Shown here: positions 1 through 10,400 of the stretch, piece by piece
How positions within the stretch are numbered: position 1 is the first letter of the stretch
Layout: every line of letters starts with the position of its first letter
Assembly: GCA_028286585.1 (NCBI GenBank)
Contig: JAQBRI010000008.1
Coordinates: 18,514 to 82,513 of the forward strand
Direction of reading: 5' to 3'
Length of the DNA: 64,000 bases
Origin: Candidatus Kaiserbacteria bacterium
GTDB taxonomy: Bacteria; Patescibacteriota; Minisyncoccia; Phycocordibacterales; UBA2100
Position numbers and translations under genes: made by a program
The notes under the pieces: generated by a model
Seen by the model: only the letters and a program-made list of their open reading frames with translations
Database searches by the model: none
Told to the model about the DNA's origin: nothing

Positions 1-246
1 CAGCGGACGTTTGGAAAAATGCGCGATACCGAGCGTGGAGAATTGATGAAGTACTTTTGCAAACGCCTCAATATTGACCGTGTCATGGATAGTTACCCCA
101 AGATTACAATGGGTCATATGGGCAAAATTTTGGAACAAATTCCAACCAAGGACTTATATTATCTCAAGCGCGTCTGCGATGATTCCAAACATTTTTCAAA
201 GCGATTTTGGTGGGAGCTCGATCCGGAGAAACATCCTGAGAAATAA
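1..246 (+). CDS. hypothetical protein, 5'-truncated at the window edge (C-terminal fragment)
   Basis: The frame of ORF 19..246 stays open back to base 1 (cag cgg acg ttt gga aaa atg...), so the CDS probably starts upstream of the window. No recognisable family. A hairpin follows at about 250-285. Confidence 0.3.
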   Translation, partial: QRTFGKMRDTERGELMKYFCKRLNIDRVMDSYPKITMGHMGKILEQIPTKDLYYLKRVCDDSKHFSKRFWWELDPEKHPEK

Positions 247-371
247 AAAAGAGGCCGCGATTTCTCGCAGCCTTAAGGTTGAAGCAGGGTATACCATGCT
301 GACACTGTGTCCGCATGTCTTTTTATGGTATATCTTTGGGGTATTTTGTCAATTGGCTTTTCCCCTATACA

Positions 372-1397
372 ATGCACTCAATGTCATTCTCTTTTTCTCC
401 CAAACTCGGCATCGATCTTGGTACGACCACAGTGCTTGTTTTTTTGCCAGGCAAGGGGATTGTATTGCACGAACCATCGGTCGTTGCCGTCTCGACCCGT
501 GACAATCGAATCCTAGCCATTGGTAATGACGCAAAGGAGATGATCGGACGCACACCGGACGAAATAATCGCATACCGTCCAATGAAGGACGGTGTAATAG
601 CCGATTATCGAGTGACCGAAGCAATGCTGCGATACTATATTCGAAAAGCGCTTGGTAAGTGGAATCATTTTCGACCCGAAGTGATGATCTCTGTTCCTGC
701 GGGCGTTACCTCGACCGAGCGTCGCGCAGTCGTTGAGGCTGCAACAAAAGCCGGTGCGCGCGAAGCTTATGTTATTAAGGAACCGATTCTTGCTGCGATT
801 GGCGCTGGCATTCCCATTCACGAAGCACGCGGACACATGATTGTTGATATTGGAGGAGGCACAACAGACGTCGCCGTGATTTCGCTTGGCGGAATTGTTG
901 CCTCGACTTCGGTCAAATGTGCCGGCAACCGCATCGATCGTGCGATCATCGATCACATAAGAAAAACATTCAATCTTTCTATCGGAGACAAAATGGCCGA
1001 AGAAGTAAAAATTACTATTGGATCTGCGTGCCCAATGGACGACGAATTGTTCATGACAGTCAAGGGCCGTGATCATCTGAGTGGTCTGCCTCGTTCGATC
1101 GAAATTGGAACAAATGAGGTTGTGCGCGCTATAGGCAAGGAACTTCGCATGATTGTTCAGGCCATCAAGGATGTGTTGCAGGAAACACCGCCAGAACTTT
1201 CGGCAGACATTATCGACAACGGTATTATCATGACGGGCGGCAGTTCACTTTTGCGTAATTTTCCTGATCTTATCTTTCGCCGTACAGGAGTTAAGGCGCG
1301 CGTCGCAAAAGATGCTCCGTATTGTGTTGCCAAAGGCACCGGTGAAGCACTTAAGCATTTGGACACCTACAAAAAAGCGATCATCACCAAACGGTAA
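372..1397 (+). CDS. mreB: MreB-like actin homolog (paralog 1, separate from the mreBCD operon)
   Basis: Actin-fold motifs GIDLGTTTV (phosphate 1), DIGGGTTDVAVIS (phosphate 2) and IIMTGGSSLL (adenosine), full length. Start taken at MHSMSFSF (372) rather than the track's 315. Confidence 0.8.
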   Translation: MHSMSFSFSPKLGIDLGTTTVLVFLPGKGIVLHEPSVVAVSTRDNRILAIGNDAKEMIGRTPDEIIAYRPMKDGVIADYRVTEAMLRYYIRKALGKWNHFRPEVMISVPAGVTSTERRAVVEAATKAGAREAYVIKEPILAAIGAGIPIHEARGHMIVDIGGGTTDVAVISLGGIVASTSVKCAGNRIDRAIIDHIRKTFNLSIGDKMAEEVKITIGSACPMDDELFMTVKGRDHLSGLPRSIEIGTNEVVRAIGKELRMIVQAIKDVLQETPPELSADIIDNGIIMTGGSSLLRNFPDLIFRRTGVKARVAKDAPYCVAKGTGEALKHLDTYKKAIITKR

Positions 1398-1415
1398 AAG
1401 TGTCAGTATTGTTTT

Positions 1416-1970
1416 TTATTTCTTCAGCTTCTCGATATCTTCCATTAATTTGCGTAAATCACTTTGAATCGTGGCAAGGGTGCGCTCGTGGTCGACTGCA
1501 GCTTTTTCTTCTACTTTTTCGTCCTCGGTCATTTCGTCGACGTCTTCACTAATTTCTTCGACATTTTCCTGAATCTCATCAACGTCTTTCTGAATCTCAT
1601 CAACGTCTTCACTAATTTCGCCAACGTCCTCCTGAATCTCATCGATATCCTTTTGAATTTCTTCGACGTCCTCTGTCATTTCTGCCATGTCCTCTTGAAT
1701 TTCTCCCAAGTCTTCACTGACTTCTTCGATCGTTTGACTGTTCATGTTGACACTCATTTGTATAAAGAGTGAAAGATAAATTGCCTCGAGCGAGACGATG
1801 GTGGTAAGGATAAGCATCATTTCCTCAAATGGAATGAGTCCCATCAAGACCGAAATAAAGGCACTCACAAAGAGAATGGTGTGCACTATGATAGACGTAA
1901 TAGAACCGATGCCCTTGGTTATGGCAGTCGCAAATTTCTCAAAGTTGGTCATTTTACCGGATTTACTCAT
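1416..1970 (-). CDS. membrane protein with two N-terminal TM helices and C-terminal acidic heptad-like repeats (E/D-x-x-E-I-Q-E/K-D-V/I)
   Basis: Hydrophobic stretches ITSIIVHTILFVSAFISVLMGLI and MMLILTTIVSLEAIYLSLFI. Repeats follow: EDVEEIQKDIDEIQEDVGEISEDVDEIQKDVDEIQENVEEISEDVDEM. No family recognised. Confidence 0.5.
   Translation of the reverse strand: MSKSGKMTNFEKFATAITKGIGSITSIIVHTILFVSAFISVLMGLIPFEEMMLILTTIVSLEAIYLSLFIQMSVNMNSQTIEEVSEDLGEIQEDMAEMTEDVEEIQKDIDEIQEDVGEISEDVDEIQKDVDEIQENVEEISEDVDEMTEDEKVEEKAAVDHERTLATIQSDLRKLMEDIEKLKK
1540..1700. repeat. imperfect tandem 21-nt DNA repeats encoding the acidic EIQxDVD repeats
   Basis: ctgaatctcatcaacgtcttt at 1569-1589 is repeated with one mismatch at 1590-1610. 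Degenerate copies flank both sides. Confidence 0.6.
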
Positions 1971-2006
1971 GGCGGTATTCTAGCACGTGTTTGCTATACT
2001 ATTCAT

Positions 2007-2672
2007 ATGATATTGACAGGCAATTCGTGGATTACGCAAGGCGAGGCCGAGGACATTCCGCAAGTGTTATCGCTTTTGAGAGATAAGGGAATTAATACCG
2101 AGGCCAATCCTGACCTCTCGATACGCACCTATAGCACCTTTGGTATTGATGATGCGCAAGAATTGAGCCTGCGATCCTTTTCTCGTGCAAGCGGAAACGA
2201 GCGCGTATTTGTAATTGCCTGCAGCGTCATAACAACCGAGGCGCAAAACGCACTTTTAAAAACACTCGAGGAGCCGCGTGCCGATGCACTATTCTTTTTT
2301 TTGGTGCCGACACCCTATACACTATTGCGCACCATTCTTTCGCGTGTACAAGTAGTGACGCTTCCAGTAAGCAGCACAACAAAAGCAGATTCATTGGTGG
2401 ATATAAAACTTTTTTTAGCATCGTCGCCCAGTAGTCGAATCGAACTACTAAAACCGCTTTTAGAAAAGACCGATGACGATGTCTATAACACTCCGATCAT
2501 ACTTAGTTTTTTCTCACATCTCGAACAGTATGTCTCTAATATTGCCGATACTGCTATTCGGGCATCAGTGTTACGACCTCTGTACACTGCCCGACAATAC
2601 GCGACCGACCGCGGAGCACTCGTCAAAACGCTTTTAGAAAGTCTTGCGCTTCTCTTGCCTGTGATACAATAA
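2007..2672 (+). CDS. holB: DNA polymerase III delta' subunit-like (clamp-loader AAA+ fold, degenerate)
   Basis: Motif ALLKTLEEP plus a downstream SR(V) sensor, typical of delta'. Start moved to MILTG (2007) because the track ORF overlaps the upstream minus-strand gene. Confidence 0.65.
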   Translation: MILTGNSWITQGEAEDIPQVLSLLRDKGINTEANPDLSIRTYSTFGIDDAQELSLRSFSRASGNERVFVIACSVITTEAQNALLKTLEEPRADALFFFLVPTPYTLLRTILSRVQVVTLPVSSTTKADSLVDIKLFLASSPSSRIELLKPLLEKTDDDVYNTPIILSFFSHLEQYVSNIADTAIRASVLRPLYTARQYATDRGALVKTLLESLALLLPVIQ

Positions 2673-2678
2673 ATACAT

Positions 2679-3230
2679 ATGACATACGACTTTTCACAAC
2701 TTGATACAGGATTACAGGCAGCAAAAGAGTGGCTTATGCGAGAATACGCAGGAGTGCGAACCGGGCGGGCGACACCGGCAATTTTGGATTCTATTGGCGT
2801 TTCGGCCTATGGTTCGATCATGCCTATCAAGCAGGTTGCAAATATTAGCGTCGAGGACGCACGAACACTTCGGGTAATTCCTTTTGATATGTCTGTCGCA
2901 AAAGATATCGAACGAGCAATTGCCGCTGCAAACCTAGGTGTTGGAACCAATGCAGACAGCGCAGGATTACGAGTAACCTTTCCAGAGCTTACAGGCGAGC
3001 GCCGTACCGAACTTGTTAAAATCGCAAAGCAAAAGCTTGAAGAAGCACGAACTGCAGTGCGTGTCGCACGAGATGAATGCTGGAAAGCCATTCAAGAAGG
3101 GGAACGCGAAGGCGACATGAGTGAAGACGAAAAATTCTCTAGCAAAGATGCAATGCAAAAGAAAGTTGATGAAGCAAATTCAGGATTGGAACAGCTTTTT
3201 AATTCGAAGGAAAAGGAAATGGGCGCGTAG
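2679..3230 (+). CDS. frr: ribosome recycling factor
   Basis: 183 aa. RTGRATPAILDSIGVSAYGSIMPIKQVANISV...LRVTFPELTGERRTELVK is the canonical RRF pattern. Confidence 0.9.
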   Translation: MTYDFSQLDTGLQAAKEWLMREYAGVRTGRATPAILDSIGVSAYGSIMPIKQVANISVEDARTLRVIPFDMSVAKDIERAIAAANLGVGTNADSAGLRVTFPELTGERRTELVKIAKQKLEEARTAVRVARDECWKAIQEGEREGDMSEDEKFSSKDAMQKKVDEANSGLEQLFNSKEKEMGA

Positions 3231-3246
3231 TATATAGTACTTTGCT

Positions 3247-4344
3247 ATGTATACGATCCTCATTGTTGCTGCAATTCTTGTTTCGCTTGTTGTCATTCAT
3301 GAACTCGGGCATTTTATAACTGCAAAGCTGTTTGGTATTCATGTTGAAGAATTTGGCGTGGGATATCCGCCACGAGCATTTACCTTTGGTGTTTGGGGCG
3401 GCACCGAATATACCATCAACTGGATTCCATTTGGTGGATTTGTTCGTTTGTGGGACGAAGAAAAAAGTACAAAAAATCGCAGTAACGGTTTTGCTGCGGC
3501 AAAACCCTGGAAGCAAATAGTTGTATTAGTCGCTGGTGTAGTGATGAACTTGATCGTGGCATGGCTCTTGTTTGCAACAGCGCTTCATACGGGCGTTCAG
3601 CGTGCGATAAACGCAGACAGTGCAAAAACAGACCCGCACGCGATGCTTACTGTGACCGATGTGTATCCTGGTTCGCCTGCTGCGGCCGCCGGAATTAAGT
3701 CCGGCGACAGCATCATTTCTCTTGTCGATCCTCGGGGTGTTGCTCTGACTAATCCTACTCCAACGACTTTGGTCAAGTATGTGAGCGCTCGCGGTGGAGT
3801 ACGGCTTTCTATTACTTATATTCACGCCCTCGACACCATCACTGCAACGGCAACGCCTGCAAATGCGATTATTCCAAACGCGCCAGCGCAGCCAGCGCTC
3901 GGCATTGGTACACGGTTCGTATCAACGCTCGCGCTGCCATGGCACGAGGCATTATATGAAGGATTTTTTAATACATGGGATTCACTGGTGACTGTGTCTG
4001 CTAGTCTGTGGGAGTTGATAGTACAAAGTGTGCACGGTACCGCCGATTTGAACAGCATCGTTGGACCTATTGGTCTGGTGGGAGTCGTTCATGATGCGTC
4101 TCAAAATGGTTTTGGAACAGTGCTCGCGCTGGCTGCATTTATTTCGATTAACCTAGCGCTCATTAACAGTATCCCAGTACCCGCTCTTGATGGTGGTCGG
4201 GTTATCTTGGTTTTACTCGAAGCTATCATTCGCCGGAAAATTCCTGATATTTTAGTACAAGCGATAAATTTGTGCGGAGTAGTTTTGATAGTCTTGCTTA
4301 TGGTTATTGTGACATACCACGACGTCGTCCGATTGTTTGTGTAA
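3247..4344 (+). CDS. rseP: RIP site-2 zinc metalloprotease RseP-like
   Basis: HELGHF (HExxH) in the first TM, a PDZ-like middle region, and a C-terminal TM with the LDGG motif (ALDGGRV). Confidence 0.85.
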   Translation: MYTILIVAAILVSLVVIHELGHFITAKLFGIHVEEFGVGYPPRAFTFGVWGGTEYTINWIPFGGFVRLWDEEKSTKNRSNGFAAAKPWKQIVVLVAGVVMNLIVAWLLFATALHTGVQRAINADSAKTDPHAMLTVTDVYPGSPAAAAGIKSGDSIISLVDPRGVALTNPTPTTLVKYVSARGGVRLSITYIHALDTITATATPANAIIPNAPAQPALGIGTRFVSTLALPWHEALYEGFFNTWDSLVTVSASLWELIVQSVHGTADLNSIVGPIGLVGVVHDASQNGFGTVLALAAFISINLALINSIPVPALDGGRVILVLLEAIIRRKIPDILVQAINLCGVVLIVLLMVIVTYHDVVRLFV

Positions 4345-4424
4345 ATTTCAATCCACTTGTAGTGAAATGAAGTTATTCGACTTTATACTCTTGCGCTTTT
4401 TTAAGCGTATGAAAATATTAAGTC

Positions 4425-7400
4425 ATGTCATATCGGACGCGTTATGGGTCTATACGCATCCTCCAAAAAGGTTCTCTTTTTTCGCGCTTCGCATCAATCA
4501 TTGTAAGTGCAACAATGTTGCTAAGTCCATTCTCGGCACTTGCACAAGAAACTCCACCCACTGACACGCCTTCTGACACTACGACCACTGCACCTACGAG
4601 CGATACTACTGATTCAACGGATGTGCCCCCAAGTGATTCAGCTGCGAGTACACCAACTGATACAACCCCGCCTTCAAGTGATAATGCGGCATCACAACCT
4701 AATCTGGACGCGCCTACAGATGAGTCTGATGTCTCATCGACCGCAGTTTCAAAAAAACCGATATCGATGACTTCCTCTGCATCAATTGTAGCCAACCCAA
4801 GCCCTCAAGATACGCCATATTCAAATGCCATGCCGCGCATTAATGTTCAAAAGGATAAGGGGAGTCTTTCCTATGGATATGACATTAAAGCTCCTCGAGG
4901 AATTAACGGTCTAACACCAGATGTATCATTAGGATATTTAAATAACAGAAGGGATGAAGGTTCTATTGTTGGGTTTGGTTGGGCATTGTCTGTCCCAAAA
5001 ATAAGTCGAGTCAATAAAACGGGTGTCGAAAATTTATATACATCCAATACATTCACATCATCTATAGACGATGAACTGGTACAAGTCGGTACTAGTACCA
5101 AATATGTTCCTCGTGTTGATAATGGTTCATATCGCTATTATGTTATGGCGACATCTTCATGGACAATGTATACAAAAGACGGTACCGTCTATACCTTTGG
5201 TGTACTACCCGAGTCTCGTGAGGCGTCTTCGACTAATATAGCGACTTGGTATGTTTCAACGAGTACCGATAGTAGAGGAAATGCAATCAGCTATCGTTAT
5301 ACTAATACGAACAATATTGTATATCCTGATTACATTACTTATGCGACGGAAGGTGGGGCACCAGGATTCAAAATACAATTTACATTACAAACACGCACAG
5401 ATCCAATTACATTATATAAAAATGGCTTTTCACAATCTATAACCCAACGAATCTCACAAATAGATGTTTACGTAGGTAGTGCAATACGTGATTCATATCT
5501 TCTTGGTTATACATCTGGAGTAAATGGTGTACGCTCACTCTTATCGAGTATCACTGAACAAGCAACAAGCAAAGAAGGGACAGTGACGACTTTGCCAGCA
5601 ACATTTTTTGCCTATAACGGTGCACTTACCTGGCAGGCCGGTACAAGTGCGCCTTATATAAATATAGTGTATGGACAAGTATTTCCATCTGGTTTACCAG
5701 GAATTCAAAAATTTGTCGATTCGAACAGTGATGGAATTAACGAGATACGTGCAGAATATTTCAGTAATACATTCACAAATTACATAACTTATTTTGACAC
5801 GGAAACAAACACCACAAAGAATGCGAATTCTTTTAGTGGAAATAGTCTAAGTATTGGATCAACCGGCAATATGAATTCATTTCCGGGACTTGGATATACT
5901 CCTTCTGAGGGAGTGGCAGATGGCAGTCTCATAGATACCAGAGGTAATTTTCAGCCAGATTATATTCATGCACAAGTTATTGATGCATCATGTACAGGTA
6001 CAGGAACACAACATTTTAACGGTGGCCTCTTTCTAAATACCGGTTCTTCAGCTGTGTCAAATACTTCGTCACCAACAAGTACTTCGCCAATTTTATCACT
6101 ATATTCATGTAATGGAGGGACTATTAGAGGGGGTGGAATGTGGGGAGATATAAACGGTGATGGTTTATTAGATGTTGCACAAAATAATTATAATATTGTC
6201 GCAGGTGGTTTTTTGGGTGCATATGGAATCTACCCAAATTCAGCTACATATACAAATAACTCTCATGGAGGGTTTACATATCAATCTCAATGGGAATCAC
6301 CACACTTAAGCGGATTTTATGATCCAAGCGGTCCAGTACCATATGATACTCAGTTGGTAGATCTCAATAATGACGGACTAGTTGATTTTTATTCGATCAA
6401 CAATACTAGCAGTCTTAATTTTTCGGCGTATTTAAATAATGGACAAGGTTTCTCGAGTGCTTCTAGTTCTTGGAATTATGCAACAGGTGGTGCCACGAGT
6501 CCTTTTGATGACGGGGTCCGAATGATGGATATAAATGGAGATGATTTGCCCGATATTGTTAGAAGTTATCATGTTGATCATCAATATGCAGGTACTTTTG
6601 CTTCGACTCCTCCATGGGTATCCGGTGGTAGCGTGAATGAAGTATACGTAAACACTGGTGATGGGTTTGTTGCATCAAGTTCTACGGTACCGGTTACGTT
6701 TGCATCGTATGTCGGAGGTTCAACCTCTTGTCCCACGTGTTCATATACGTGGAATAATGACTTTGCGCTTAATAATTATGCTGACACCGATGGAGACGGA
6801 TTGGTAGACCTGGGTACTCGAAGCGTCCCAAAGAAGGCCGATATGCTCGCCGTTATTACTTCAACAACTGGTGCCTCTACAACTATTTCATATACTCCTA
6901 CACCGCAAGAAATTCAAAGTGGCGCAATGCTGAATCCTAATCTCCCGATCATTATCTATACTCCAACTGAAATTAAAACAACAGATAATAGTGGAGTCTT
7001 ATCGGATACAACTTATTCATATACTAATGGCCTCATGTATTATGCGAGTTCGACAGATAAAACATTTGCTGGTTTTAAATCAGTTACCGAGACGTCCGGC
7101 AATCATGCAATAACGACATATTATTCTCAAGGAAATACAAATGATAGCTCTCTCGGTGAACAAAACGATCAGTATGCTCTTATCGGTAAACCATATCGCC
7201 AGGATGTTGCAAATTTAAGTGGCAATATTTTGCAGAAAACCTGGTATCGATATGTCGCGACACAACCAAATAGCAACAATTATTTAGTATTGCCGTCCGA
7301 CACGATAGTTCAATCATTTGATGTATCTAGTAACCATAGAGAACGTGCGACTCATTATGTATACGATTTATCAGGCAATCCTGTAGATGTCACTGATTAT

Positions 7401-10400
7401 GGAGAAGTGGCGGCAGCTGACAGTGTTATGTCATCATATTCAGATACTGGAAGCGATTTAAGTCGTACCCACTTCGAATATGCAACTTCAACAGCAACCT
7501 CAAGTGTTCCAAACATAACAACAAGTTATATATCTCGTGCGACTCAATATAATCAAGCCGGCATACAAATATCCGATACCAAACATTTATATGACAATCT
7601 CGCGTATGGTTTAGTGCAGCGTGGAAATGAAACACAAACTCCGCAGTGGATCTTTGGTTCAACATATGCAACAAGTACCCAATCCTACAACGCGTATGGA
7701 CTTATAATTTCCAAGAGTGATCCAAAATTTAGTACAACAACTATCGCATACGATTCAAATAATCTGTATCCAGCAACCACCACAAACGCACTTAATCAAA
7801 GCACACTCTACACCTATGATGTCCGATTCGGACTCGTAATTAAGTCAGTAGATCCTAACGGTCTCGTAGCGAGTACGTCATATGATGGTTTAGGCAGACC
7901 GCTCGAAATAGACGGACAAGATGCTTCAAGTACAATAGTTAAATTACTTTCGTATAACTACAATGATGCGACAAGCAGTCTCTCGATGCAAAAAATCACA
8001 TGGCTAAATGGAGCACTCAGTATCCCAGTATATTCCTACAAAGATGGATTGGGACGCACAATCCAAACTGCAACTCAGGCGGCCGTATCGCAATGGATAA
8101 TGCAAGATACAACTTACGACAGCAATGGTCGTGTGTACAGGCAATCGCTCCCATATTTTAATTCGACCTCGTCCAAAACAGCAGCAACGAGTACTGCATA
8201 TTTGTATTCCACAACTACATATGATGCTCTTGATAGGCCAGCAACAACCACAAACGCTATAGGTTTTTCGACGATCTTATATGGCACATGGAATAGCAAA
8301 GTTACGGATGCAAATGGACATATTAAGGACTATATAAAAGATGCTCGAGGTAATCTTGCTCAAGTTGTCGAGCATGGAACATCTATTGGCACTACAACAT
8401 ATGAATATGATGGAAAAAATAATCTTGCGACTACTACGGATGCAATGGGTAATATCCGACACTTCACGTATGACGGACTCAATCGACTTACGCTTTCTGA
8501 AGATCTACATTCAGCAACTGACACCTCGTTCGGATCCTATTCATATGCATACGACTTAGCGAATAATCTTACTAGTAAAATAACACCAAATGGTCTTACG
8601 ATAAGCAGTACGTATGATGTGCTGAATCGTCAGCTTACAGAAGATGCAACGACAACCTCAAATATTGATAGTACATATACTTATGACTCATGTACAAATG
8701 GTATTGGCAGACTGTGTAGCGCCTCATCGACTTCTGCAAAAATAACTAATTCTTATTATTTACCAGGATTTATTGCAAGTTCAACGACAACGATAAAAGG
8801 AATTAATTATTTATTATCGTATTTGTATGATCGGCAGGGAAATCAAATAAGCATTACGTATCCTGATAATTCACAAGTGATGTATTCATACGATGATGGC
8901 GGTTTAATTAGCCGCGTTCAGCATGCAGAAGTTGGAAGCGCACTGTCAGATGTAATTTCAAATATAAGTTACGCCCCCATAAACCAGCCAGCCATCATTT
9001 CATATGCTAACGGAGCAACAACTACTAAAACATACGATCCTGCATCGTTGTATAGACTCACGCGGATTTTTACCACAGCGAGTACCACCATTACAACAGT
9101 AAGTACTTCTACACTTGGTACATCAACGGTAAATATTTTAGTAGTTGGAGGCGGAGGTGGAGGCGGTAATGTTTCTGGACAAGGTGCCGGGGGAGGAGGC
9201 GCAGGAGGTTATCAAGCATACAGCTCATTTATATTGAGCCCACAAACATATACTGTCACGGTTGGAGCGGGAGGCAGTGCTGGAAGCAATGGAGGCAATA
9301 GTATATTTGATTCCATTACTGCTATTGGTGGTGGAGCCGGCGGTTTTTCTAATGGTGGTAATGGTGCAGCTGGTGGTTCTGGCGGAGGCGGAGGGGGAGC
9401 TGGATCAACTGGTGGCGCAGGTACTGCTGGGCAAGGACATTTTGGTGGAAATAACGGTAGTTTTTCAGGTGGATCAAGTGGTGGAGGAGCGACAGGCGTC
9501 GGCACAGATTCCGGTAGTCAAAATGGAGCTACAGGAGCGGCAGGTACTGCAAGTAGTATTAGTGGAACATCCGTTACTTATGCTGGAGGAGGCGGAGGTG
9601 GAGGCGGCGCAGCACCTAGTTCAGGACCAGGTGGCGCAGGAGGTGCTGGTGGTGGCGGTGCTGGAGGAGTAGGTGGATTTGGAGGCTACGGCATCGCAGG
9701 CACTGCTAATACTGGAGGCGGTGGTGGCGGGGGTGGCGCTACTAATGCTAATCCTGGCGGCGCTGGTGGATCTGGGATTGTAGTTATAAGTTATCCAACC
9801 GCTAATGCATCATTGTTTACGTGTAGTGCTTCAACTACTACATCGGGATCAAATAGTATTTGTAAATTTACATCAAGTGGAACATTTAGAATGGCAACAA
9901 CAACCGCAACAACCACTATAGTTACTACATATATTGGTGCTCCGCTACAGGATTTAAATTATACTTACGATGCAGTTGGTAACATTACTCGTTTCTTAGA
10001 TAATTCAATTACAGGAACAGCAAAAGATGTTGCATATACATATGACAATTTAAACAGACTTACACAAGCTCAAATCACCACTGCAACAAGTACTGCAGGT
10101 AGCTGGTATAACTCATCATGGAACTATCGCATACCTATTAATGCGAGTTCTACAAAGGTTTCGGAAGATACACACGATGTATATCTCGACCTCTCATTGC
10201 TACCTTCTACATTCCAATCAAATGTAAAATCGGATGGCTGCGATATCCGCATGACAAAATCAGATGGAACTACCGAGCTTGCAATAGATCTTGTGCGCTA
10301 TGGATCTGGCACAGGAGAGTTACATTTTTCGACAGGAAATGGTCTTTCAACCTCGACAGCAACAACATATTATCTTTATTATGGAAATGGCGGGGCATCA

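Noticed and set aside
513-1076. 187-aa antisense ORF inside the mreB-like gene
   Set aside because: Nested antisense to a well-supported CDS; no protein-like features. The same applies to antisense ORFs 16939-17688 and 17237-17971 in mreB, 24389-25030 in ftsZ, 49112-50209 in clpB, 60712-61317 in rel, and others.
9212-9672. Pro-rich minus-strand ORF and Val/Glu-rich plus-strand ORF inside the rhs gene
   Set aside because: Alternative-frame translations of the GGN-repeat (glycine-rich) tract. These are compositional artefacts.
9120-9800. Possible CRISPR-like or microsatellite array from the repeated ggaggcggaggtggaggcgg units
   Set aside because: The repeats are in-frame glycine codons within a continuous ORF, with no spacer/repeat periodicity. 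Not a CRISPR array. No CRISPR array was found anywhere in the window.
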